64,000 nucleotides of DNA from Eledone cirrhosa (Eukaryota): positions 75,020,001 to 75,084,000 of the forward strand of contig OZ024746.1 in NCBI GenBank assembly GCA_964016885.1. Direction: 5' to 3'. The first letter of the stretch is position 1, and every line of letters begins with the position of its first letter. The position numbers and the translations under genes are program-made. The notes beneath the pieces were generated by a model that was given only the letters and a program-made list of their open reading frames with translations, made no database searches and was not told the origin of the DNA. Positions 1-14,524 of this stretch are shown here, piece after piece.

Positions 1-468
1 TTAAAATTATGAACTTTAATCACTGAAGTATATATTCTGCAATGCTTTGCCTTTTCTGGGACTTATTTCAGCTACATTTAATTAACAGAAAACAAAAGAA
101 TAAAAGCACCATTGTATAAAAGGTAGTTTGGGTGGGTAATTTATCTTATGACCATCTTATCTTTAAAAATACTTGAGACAATCGACGTTGTAACGTACAA
201 AATAAATATAAAGCAACTAAGATAAACATCATTTCACTGATGTAAATAATGTATATTTTACGTTTCTTTAAAATACATAAGCATTGTATCAACTAAAGGG
301 AAATATGATTTAACATTCACTTCGACATTTTCTAACCGAAACAAAACATTTAGTAAGTTTTCTCTTACAGGGGATATTACTGAGTCTAGAAATTTCCATT
401 GAACAAAATTTAAAACTTGTAATATTAGAAACAGATTTGATAGAATGAAATAAATTAAAGCACTTACA

Positions 469-3302
<2,834 letters not shown>

Positions 3303-3477
3303 TCTTGTTGTTTTTTATCAACTGTGAAATCAAAGGAGAGTTAAAACAAATTACTTGCAATGAATCTACCACAACTCAGTTGTAACCTTGGTATGTGTGA
3401 CTCTGTTGCTTTAAAATATGCCTCTTATATAGTCTATTAGCAAGGTTTAGGTAAGGTTTAGGGTTAGGGTAAGAGTA
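3303..3477 (-). promoter_or_regulatory. Copy 1 5'UTR and core promoter: TATA box plus TTAGGG-like motif
   Basis: Minus-strand CTATATAAG at ~3424-3432, about 125 nt upstream of the ATG. Plus-strand aggtttaggtaaggtttagggttagggtaagag at 3443-3475. Conserved in all 5 copies. Confidence 0.7.
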
Positions 3478-3773
3478 ATTCATAGCGTTAATCTTTAATT
3501 GAATCAGAATTTGGTCTCTATTCTTTAAGATAATCTTCAAGCTAATGAGCCTCCACCCAATAACCTTACTAAACGACTTATTTCCTGTGTCTTCTTCTTC
3601 TTCTTCTTCTTCTTCTTCTTCTTCTTCTTCTTCTTCTTCTTCTTCTTCTTCTTCTTCTTCTTCTACATTAATCTGTCTTGTTACTTTTCAATTCACTTGC
3701 AGTCAATATGATGCAAAGAAATATGTATAATTATATGCATAGAAACACACCCACCACAGGCATACACACACAG

Positions 3774-3918
<145 letters not shown>

Positions 3919-4902
3919 TGTATAAACATAAATATATATATATATATGCATGTATATACATATATATATATGCATGTATATATATATATATATGTATTTA
4001 TATATAGAGATATATGCATATATATATATATGTATATATGTATGTATATGTACACTATGAATGTTGAAGTGGTACTGATTATGTCCACATAGAAAATCTC
4101 CTTTACATATCAAAATTGAAATTTATGTATAGAACGCCCTCACACGCACTGAAACAAAGACGGTAAATTGTTAAAACATAGAGCCAGCCATATAGATAAA
4201 CAGTTAAAAACACTTTCATAAATTCACATAGCACATAAACACAAGCAAAGAATGAAATGATACTAACACATACAGAGCCATACTGAGACAGACACCAAAC
4301 CAAAATATGAGTGTATATTTAATGTAAAACAACTAAGAAATAATGGCGAAATTTAAGAAAAGCAAGAAATATTTAAGTAATTCGAACGGCATCTTTTTAT
4401 ATCAGTAGAATGTTTTTGTGATTGCGTATGACGTGTTTCTTTTATACTTCACTACAGTAAACCTAACGTTCTAATTGTTCTGCGTAAATACAAGATGGAT
4501 GACTTGTTGAATGGGTGGATGGATGGAAGAGTGAAATTGTGGAGAGAAAGAAAACATAGAAAGGGAATGTATTTTGTGGGAAGAGGGATTGTTATAAAGT
4601 CCATAATTTTAATGAAAGTTGTTAGATTGCTGAACATGTCTATTATTGTGATAAAGAAAGTAAGTCTTATTTACCGATTTTCAAAAATATATAGGCAAGC
4701 AAGCGTAAAAATGCCTAATGCATGAGACATTAAACATGTTTATGGCTACCTTAGAGTAGGAAGAGCAGCGTCAATAACCAAGGTAGATTAGTAGGGCAGA
4801 GGTAGGCAGTTTTGATCAGACCAGAAACCGAAATGTTTGCAATAGAATGAAACTGATACGATTTTAAGCGTTCTCGTGTGTACAAAAATGTTCTCTCTAA
4901 TG

Positions 4903-5065
4903 CATAGTTTCCCAAACGCGGAACCCTTTTTGGTTCAGAAAATTTTGGGGGAACCCCAAAGTTTGATACCGTTATATGGTCGTAATATAAATATACTCCT
5001 CTACCTGTTTTCACAAAACTCCAGACACTACTTTGCGGAACCCTTGAGTTCTTTGGGAACCACTG
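4903..5065. mobile_element. hAT-type MITE
   Basis: Imperfect TIRs (catagtttcccaaa / tttgggaaccactg) with an 8-bp TSD CTCTAATG at 4895-4902 and 5066-5073. Confidence 0.75.
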
Positions 5066-6155
5066 CTCTAATGTATAAATTATTGCTATAAAACATATGA
5101 CATCTGATATTTCATTACATTTCCCCGCAGGAGATTGTTTAAATAAAACAAATTAATGATAAAATGTTTTTAGTCTCAATTCAGATGTTAAGCTTGTTTC
5201 GAGAAACAACATTATAAAAATACAATTAGCATATCCCTTAAAATATTACAAGCATCCGAATACTTTGATGAATTCTGACTTTCGTTTTCTTATACGCATT
5301 CCTTAACGTTTTACTTATTTAGTCTAAATTACAATCGTTTATGATTTCAAACTATTCTCTAGTTGTTACACGTAACTCTGCCTGAACACCAAATACTAGT
5401 TTTTCAGGATGTTTATCCTATCTTCATTGACGATTGTTCACTTATTATTGAGGTAAAATAAGCAGATAGCTTATAGATTTTTGTAAATATTGTTCATATG
5501 GTCGTGACAGCTAGGTTCCAATTAACAGTTACTCTAACACAGCGTTATTCAGAATAGAAGCATATATGAAAGCAGGTAGGATACTTCTGTATATAATTAG
5601 CATATATAGATCTCGCTGTGGGTATTTTAAACTGTGATCGAATCACGACTAGCTCAGTAAACCGTGTGAGAACGCGAAGTTCTAATGTTTCGGTATTTTT
5701 ACCCATCTTCAGTGAAGTTTATTGACTTGGTACTGGTGAAAAATAAGCTAATAGCTTATGTAGAGTGTTGTGCAAATAATACATTTATGGAGATGCTCAT
5801 TTGCACGCATATGCACGCACAAACACACACATTTACACACATTCACCCACCTACATATATATATATACACACACACGCGCGCACACATACACACACACAA
5901 TTACAAATACACTTCAATTATTGCTATTCTAGTATTCTAGTAATCTTCGGGTTTGTGTAGAGAGTGGTACTATAAAATCAGAGCAAAACTGTTTTGTCAG
6001 ATTTGAAATTTTCTATTATTAATATTGCCTGTTCACTGTTTTTAATTTAAGTTTCAGATACAGTTCTGCCTTTCTTTTATAAGATAATCTAGCATCTTTA
6101 CGGTAGTTTAAACATGGTTTAAAATATAGGATTTGAAAACAACAACAATTCCAAA

Positions 6156-6545
6156 ATAATTGTTTCTACTTTAGGCACAAGGCCAGCAATTACCCAGTAC
6201 ATTACTGGTACTTTATTTTATCGACCCCGTAAGGATGAAAGGCAAAGTTAACCTAGGCGGGATTTGAACTCAGACTGTAAAGGGACGTAACTATGCTAGA
6301 AAGCATGGCGTCCAACCCTCTACCGATACTGCCAATTCACCGCCCATTATAACTGTTTCTACTTTTGGCACAAGGCCAGCAATTATCCCAGTGCATTACT
6401 GGTACTTTATTTTATCGACCCCGTAAGGATGAAAGGCAAAGTTAACCTAGGCGGGATTTGAACTCAGAATGGCAAGGGCCGTAACTCTATGCATCAAAGC
6501 ATGGCGTCCAACCCTCTACCGATACTGCCAATTCTCCGCCCCAAA
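6156..6545 (-). mobile_element. Tandem pair of tRNA-derived SINEs
   Basis: Consensus GGCGGTGGATTGGCAGTATCGG (A box) ... GAGTTCAAATCC (B box) ... GCCTTTCATCCTTACGGGGTCGATAAAATAAAGTACCAG ... GCTGGCCTTGTGCCAAAAGTAGAAACAATTAT; about 190 bp each. Confidence 0.85.
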
Positions 6546-6577
6546 ATAATGTAGCATCATTGTTGCTGTGTTTAAAC

Positions 6578-6807
6578 TAGGCATGTCAAACTAAAGGTCT
6601 CCCGAAGGGCCACATGGGTCACATGTGTTGTCTGAGGGCCACATGAGTCACATGTGTTGTCTGAGGGCCACATACGACAACTAATTGCGCACATTTCAAC
6701 TAATATTTTTTAATTTTATATTACGATGATAAAACATGCTCGCACTGTAAACACCTTTGCGCGGGCTGCAGATGAGCTTGTAAAGGGCCGTATGTTTGAC
6801 ATTCCTA
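6578..6807. mobile_element. hAT-type MITE
   Basis: TIRs TAGGCATGTCAAAC / GTTTGACATTCCTA; 8-bp TSD GTTTAAAC at 6570-6577 and 6808-6815; internal 30-bp tandem duplication. Confidence 0.8.
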
Positions 6808-8370
6808 GTTTAAACCCTATCTTAGACATACATAAACACATGATCATTAGCCTATCCGTCATTTCAAACATGATGTGTCTATGTGACCTTTTCTAAAACA
6901 ATATTGCACAATTTGATGGAAATTTAACTGAAACATCTAGCAGATCGAGTGACTATGTAAAGCAGAGTGGAGAAGCCTTGCCCCGCAGGAAATATTTAGC
7001 TTGTATTCAAATTTCAAACCAGTTTTTCTAAATACCCACAAATGAAACAAACAAAAAAAAAAATGGATTATGGCTTAAAATTAAAATAGAAACTTAAAAT
7101 AAGTTAATTTCAGCACCATATATGGCACAAAGTTGTTTTTTTACCTGTAATACTGGTCTTGTGAAATTATTGTGAGACAAAATGCGTAGGATTTGATGAC
7201 ATAATGTCACACCATCTCTCTAGCTAGTTAGGTTTGGGAATTTACAGCCCCATCCTCACCCCGCTCTCACGGTAATTTTCTGATAATAGACATCTATAAT
7301 AAGAATAATCAGTGTGAATTTAATGTTGTCTAAATTTGTTGCAGAGTTCTTTAAGCAAATTAAGTAAAATAAGTTTGAATACTATCAAAATTTATATTAC
7401 AATGCTTATTTTAATCAAGGGTTATAAATACTGTAACGTGTATAAATGTAACACGCTTATAAATTAATTAAGACCAAGAAAAGAAATTCTGGTTAAAGTT
7501 ATTTCTTCAAAGCAAAATTTTCAAATTATTATTATGTATTTTTTTTTATAGAAGTCAATGGAAAGGGTACAACTTATTTCTAAAGGTTCATTGGTCATTA
7601 AAAAAAAGTACAAGTTTCCAAGCCACTATTTTAAAATCATAGAATATACGACAAATTAGAAATTATAGTTTAGACAAAATATCATCTTAAAAATAATATT
7701 CGTATAAATATCAACCTACGTTAAAAACATGATAATGAAAATAATTACGTAATGCATGCCAATTATTACGGTTGGAAGGTAATTGCAAAGAAAATTATAT
7801 CACATATCGATGGATATTAGATAGGTGTAAAATATACATGCCCAATGATATCCAATTGAAAGAAGTAACATCAGAACTTGTGTTATTTTGGAAAACTTTG
7901 AATGTGAAAAACGGTAAACCTGACGATACAAAATCTACGTACTTTAAAATTGAAGCATTACCGAATGTAAAATATTAGGTTATTTCGATTTAGCCTACGA
8001 TCAAATTAGTCGCGTAGTTAAAGACGCTGTGCTGAGCATCCGTTATTTCTGACGACGAGTGCACCAGCTGATTCAGTCAACGGAACTATTTTCTCATGAT
8101 CTGTTAAAGTGGGAAGACTTGGAACTTAGGGAACGTATTTGTTGCACATAAGTCTAGATGCCCACTCAGTACAATTTGTTTAGTACTGGGCCTCGTATTT
8201 GTTGACGATGAACCTTCATGGTGTTAGTGAGGGTAAGTTTTGTTTGTCCTATGTAATTGGTATGTAGGGCAGTAGAGAAGGAGAGAGAGAGGGGGGAGGG
8301 AGGGAGAGAGTGAGAGAGAGAGAGAATCACAGTAGTAAACAACCTTTTGATACATATACGCACACATATT

Positions 8371-8465
<95 letters not shown>

Positions 8466-8743
8466 GCCTGTGCGTGTATGTGTAGCTTTATTTGAATCTA
8501 TATATATTTGGAAGTAACTTATTTTCGTTAAAGGTTTTTCTCGTGCCTGAGGTTTTGTTTTGCTTTACAAAAAACTATATCGCCATTCAAATAATCACAT
8601 CAATAAATAAAAAGACAGAACAATGTATGCGACTACAAAGGAGTTTTATTCCTTCAAAAACATGCAGTTCTAATTATTAGTTTCTAGAATCGTATTTGTT
8701 TAAGAAAAACTTCAGGGTCATTGTTGTTGAAGCGGAAAACAGG

Positions 8744-11078
8744 TTCTGAAATATATATAAAATATATCAAAGATTAAAAAATGTAATACTTCGCAGTTAA
8801 ATTTGTCTTTTCAAAATAATATCATATGTGTAAAACTTGAAGTAAATATTGCATGTATCCTAGGTATATATTCATGCGCGCACACACACACACACACACA
8901 CTCACATATCGTATATATATATAAACAAATAGTAAAAAGGAAAAAATACAGTAGAAAATGCTAGTTTAACATCAAAACATTTATTTATAAAGTAGGGATT
9001 TCCGCATTCAAATCGTGTACCGGTTTCAGCTTTATATGCTTTTTCAGCGACGGAAAGTGTACAGTGCAGTTAAATTTCATATTTATACGAATAATAATAA
9101 AATGAAGAAAATTTTTTTTTTAGTTTTTACATATATAGAGAGAAAAGTTCATATTTTTTCCCGTAGTTTTGTTAGTGTTGACCAACAGAGGTGGTAGCAG
9201 TTTAAAGCGTTTTGTCCGACGCCTTACTGATACTGCCAACCTGCCGCCCCTTAATTTAAACTTAATAATTCGTTCTGCATTTGACAGAATTTGAAAGAGC
9301 AATTGAATCGAACCTAGTGTATTACTAATACATTATTTTAGCTTAATTATACAGACAGTCGTCCAACTCATATGTTTCTATCTTATGATGGCTATGATGA
9401 AATTAGTGTGTTCTGCAGCAATGAAATTTAAATTTTTCAAAACCTTTAATAATTGTTTATACTTTTGGCACAAGGCCAGCAATTACCCCCAGTGCATTAC
9501 TGGTATTTTATTTTATCGACCCAGTAAGGATGAAAGGCAAAGTTAACCTCGGCGGGATTTGAACGTCGACCGTAAAGGGCCGTAACTCTATGTTGCAAAG
9601 CATGGCTTCCGACCCTCTACCGATACTGCCAATCCACCGCCCCAACACTTTTAATAATAACAATAATAAAGACAGTTATCTAATTTCCAACTTTGATCAT
9701 TTGTCTCTTACTGAGGCCTCCATGAATCTAGAACTTTCCATACTATGAATTTTAGAACTTTCAATATTAGATAGTGATCTGATAGAATGAGATAAATGGA
9801 ATCACTTACATTGGACATGGCAATCTACTTGAGATTGTTCGGTACATCGTTGTTTTTCAATATCAAAGAAAAGACCGGATTGGCATGCCATGGAAGGGTA
9901 TGAAGTTCGGTTGTAGCAAGGAATAAATCTATGACAGTCTTGGGGGTCACGGTTATTTCCGAATGGGAATTTGTTACAGAGAGGATCATCTGAAAAGATA
10001 TATTTATTAATAAGATTTTAATAAAAGCTCTGCAATCATTTATTTCTTTTTTTTTTTTTGATTTCTAGTGATTGACAGGGACAATTGTAGTTGATCCACC
10101 GATAATGACAAGACTTACAAAAACAGTTTACAAAATATGTTTCATAAACAACCATTTTACTTGCACACATTCAACGTTCATAAATGGCTTTCTTACACAT
10201 CATCTGCGTAGACAACCAGAGAACATATAGCAGTATCTGTTAGCAGAAAGTGGACGACATAATCAGTGGAACCTGTCTCTTTCAAAATAATCGAATGAGA
10301 ATACGTTTTGGCGTGTTTAAATGTTTCCCAAGACAAGGTATGGTGGTCTAGCGGTAATATATTAATGAATTAACATTTCTGTTAGCCAATATTGATTGGC
10401 TTTTTATGCTCTGGCTTCAAATCCCATAGGGGTGACTTTGACTTTCACCACTCTGGATTCGATAAAATAAAGTTCAAGTTAAATGCTGAGATCGATTATA
10501 TCGACATTCTCCTCGTCCACAAATTGCTGGCCTTGTGCCTCAATTAGAAATCATTCTAGGTTTTAGCCACCTTTGCCGACATTTCAGGAACAGCTAAGTT
10601 TAAGTGAAATTCCAAGTGATACTTCACTCTCTACTCGCAACATTTTAGTTTGTAAGGACCAGGAGATTGTGTCCGAACCACAACCAATGTACTCTAATCA
10701 GACTCTCCGTACTCAATAGCTATGAGACTAAAATTGTTAAGTATGTTATACTTATTTAGTTCCTTTCTCGGGAACAACATCATTTCCCAGCTCAGACAAT
10801 ATAGACTGCTCACAATTTGTTGCCACTTGAGAAAGACGAGTTGTAAGGCAGTAGCGATCAAATCTGGCATTATACCATACAGTTAGTAGGGAAGAATATC
10901 TAGCCTCTGGGATTTCCGAAACACGGATTTGATTAACGCAGCTGCTATTTCACGTATGAGAGTCGTAGCAGACAGTCGAGATAAGTATAGAAGTCTACAG
11001 TTTCCAGTTCCATAGTTCCTCTCGACTATTCCAGTAAATTGTTGACGGCAAACCGAACAATTCGGAAACATAACAACG

Positions 11079-11113
<35 letters not shown>

Positions 11114-11403
11114 AACAATAACTTACTGAATTTTCCTCCATAAATCATGCGGTCGCAGTCATCATATTGGCTCTTTTTCCAAACACAGATCTGTTGTGAC
11201 TGTGAAAACACTGTACCTTTCCCACAGGCTTGTGGCCTGTAAATCATGTTTTGGCATGAGTAGAATTCACTGCAATTATTTGGTGATCGTACAAAATGTG
11301 ATCCTGGTCTTATTTCTGTCTGTTGACACAGATTCATAATATCTTGACAATAGACTGCTGACACTGCAAGAAATAGAACGATGGCGGCAACACGAAACTC
11401 CAT
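8744..11403 (-). CDS. Secreted double peritrophin-A/CBM14 protein, copy 2 (152 aa)
   Basis: Exon 1 11403-11127 (277 nt). Exon 2 9989-9810 reads [60 protein letters not shown]. Exon 3 starts at 8745 after tttcAG and completes the stop as T|AA; AATAAA at 8650-8645. Confidence 0.9.
9449..9642 (-). mobile_element. tRNA-derived SINE (intron 2 of copy 2)
   Basis: Full-length match to the window's SINE consensus. Confidence 0.85.
10337..10555 (+). mobile_element. Diverged long-form SINE
   Basis: Degenerate A/B boxes, cgataaaataaag core and aattgctggccttgtgcc tail. Confidence 0.6.
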
Positions 11404-11567
11404 ACTTGTTGTATTTTATCAACTGTGAAATCAAAGGAGAGTTAAAACAAATTACTTGCAATGAATCTACCGCAACTGTAACCTTGGTATCTGTGACTCT
11501 GTTGCTTTAAAGTAGTCACTTATATAGTCTATGAACAGGGTTTAGGTAAGGTTTAGGGTTAGAGTAA
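11404..11567 (-). promoter_or_regulatory. Copy 2 5'UTR and core promoter
   Basis: TATA at 11520-11527; agggtttaggtaaggtttagggttagag at 11537-11564. Confidence 0.7.
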
Positions 11568-11816
11568 TGGTAATGTTTGGTTAATGCGTAATTAACGCAA
11601 ATTTTGGTCTCTACTCTTAAAATAATGGACCTCCGCCTAACAACTCCACCATTTTGTTTGTCATCTTTAATTTGTCATCTGTTTTTAATTCATTTGTAGT
11701 CAATATGATATAAATACATGCATACATATAAATACATACACCCACACACACATATATATTTAGATATACTTATTTACATATATACATATTTATATGTGTA
11801 ATGTGAGCATAGATTT

Positions 11817-11961
<145 letters not shown>

Positions 11962-12264
11962 CTGCATGTTTTTCGATTAAGTCTACTCAAAATTTCTTTT
12001 ACATATCAAAATTGGAATTTATGTACAGAACGCCCTCACTGAAACAAATAGGTAAATTATTAAGAATCGTCTCACAAACATAAACAGTTATAAACACATT
12101 CATAAAATTGTATTGCATGCAAATATATACACAGAACCACATTGTTGAAAACAGTACATTAATACTTATCATGTGGAAGTAAAAACAAAATAAAAACGCA
12201 TCAACACTGAATTCTATGAAAAGCAAGCCATCTCTAAATAATTCGTACAACATCTGTTTACATC

Positions 12265-12725
12265 CTCAGTATGTCTTCCTACGTCCTTATCCCGGTTTCC
12301 CATCACAAATAGAACTTCTCGGCCATGATGATGGCAATCGCCCTCATTCGAAGGAGGAAAATCCCTAATCCTCGGCGTCACGTGCAGCCACACGTTTTTC
12401 GCCTTTAACTTTATCGTTTCAGCCACAAATCCGGGCACTACTGCCCGTAAAATACAGAGGAGAGAAAACCCCGGGACTTGACCAACTGCTTCTGTTTGTG
12501 CCGGTCATCAACGAGACCTCTGGTGGCGTCATTCTCTGAACTGCCGTTTTCCTCTGCCCAACTAAGAGATGTGCATTTCGCCTGAGGAAGAAATTCCCGA
12601 GGTGGAGCAGCTGATGCAACGGGTTGCACTGAGTGTTCTCACCGGCAATACTTTCGCCATTTTGTCCACAGAGCACAACAAAGATATACCGCTAAGACTG
12701 GGGTGTAGAGCCTGCCATGCCTTGC
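12265..12725 (-). mobile_element. Possible retroelement ORF1/gag-like remnant
   Basis: GC-richer island with broken ORFs that interrupts the conserved upstream block of copy 2; no diagnostic motif is intact. Confidence 0.3.
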
Positions 12726-13554
12726 CATCCTTACTTTCATCATTTAATTTTCTTCTTACTTTTTCTTTTTTCATTGTAAATAATATATATTGAAATTTAA
12801 TTGAAATTTATTGAATAATGTTTTATTTTACTGCTATCAGTCACTCTAGTAAGACTGGTGTTTTTTATTTGGGTTGAATAGATGGATGTCGTGTTAAATA
12901 GCTGGAAGAATGGAAATAAACAGAGAAAGATATTGTACTTTGTGTGTTTGCTTGTTTTGTGATTCTTTTTTGAATAGATTTCTTGTCTTACATGGAGATT
13001 GTTAGACTAGAATTTAGTGTGATAAAAAGTTTGGTTTTATTTAATGAATTGAAATTTCAATGTATTTCGCTTATCGATACTATATATGACAGCCGGTGTC
13101 AAAGTATTTAATGTAAACATTAAAGACCTCTTCATGTTTAAGTTAAAGGGGGATGGGCTGCACCAATGATCATCCTAGATGAGTGGCAGTAAGTGAGGAA
13201 GTAAAAATAAGACTGAAAATCTGTCCAGAAGAATTTTCAATAGATTGGGCTCAGTGATACCTTATGTTAAACATAACGTATCTACCGAACTTCCGTATTC
13301 TTTCTGTCTATCCAATATAATTCACAATGCTTGAGCCAATCCAATGAAATAGTACAAAACAACTTACACCATCTTATCTGGTGTTGTATTAAGCCCAGAA
13401 CGAGTCTTAACTATGCAATTATAAATATATAGTGTAAAACAAAGAAGGATTTTAGTCTATGACAATTACGATTTTCATTTTCCCTAGCAAAGTATATGTG
13501 AGGGCTCAGTAAGTGTCGCAGTTTATTATGATCTAGCCAAAGATGAACAATCAT

Positions 13555-13745
13555 ATAATTGTTTCTACTTTTGGCATAAGGCTAGCAATTATCCCAGTGT
13601 ATAACTGGTACTTTATTTTACCGACCCCGTAACGATGAAAGGCAAAGTTAACCTCGGCGGGATTTGATCTTAGATCATAAAGGGCCGCAACTCTTGGCTG
13701 CAAAGCATGGCATCCAACCCTCTACCGATACTGCCAATCGACTGC
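13555..13745 (-). mobile_element. tRNA-derived SINE
   Basis: Matches the SINE consensus. Confidence 0.85.
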
Positions 13746-14401
13746 ATATAATGTTATAAAATTAGCTATTATAAAGAGAGTTCTAATCTTATCTTACCAG
13801 TTTCACAGCTGGGTGATTTTCAAAAGCTAAGTGAGATGGAGAGATGTGAAATCGGTAAAGTTATTACAAATAAAGCCTAATTGCATTTTCCGTGTGCGAT
13901 CTAAAGAAAACACACACACGAGCACGTGCGCGTGCGCACATATCTATACATATATATAAAACTTTAGTTCTGTGTGCGTGTCCTCATTTTTGCAAAGTCT
14001 ATACAAATCCACATTTCTACTTCGATTGACTTCAAACTTGCATTTATACATTCCTTGCGGTCTAAAGATATTAACTGTAGCTTTTATTTTTCACTATTCT
14101 GTTATTAAAGGGCTGTTAGGTGCCGGTTATAATATCTGTCTGTATGTCTGCTGTCTGCATAACAAGATTCTAACGAACACGTCATTGCTGACGTATTATC
14201 TTCGCTACATTCACACACACACACACACACACATACTTATATATATATATACATATATATATATATACATATATACATATACACACACATATATACACAT
14301 ATACATATATATATATATACATATACAAACACATATACACATATATATATATATACACACATATACATATTTATAAATATACACATAAAAAACATGTATA
14401 T

Positions 14402-14490
<89 letters not shown>

Positions 14491-14524
14491 TATATACTCA
14501 TACATACACACACATTTATATTAT

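Noticed and set aside
3443-3477. Interstitial telomere or chromosome-fusion scar
   Set aside because: Only 1-2 perfect TTAGGG units, at a fixed position beside the TATA box in five paralogues; better treated as a promoter motif.
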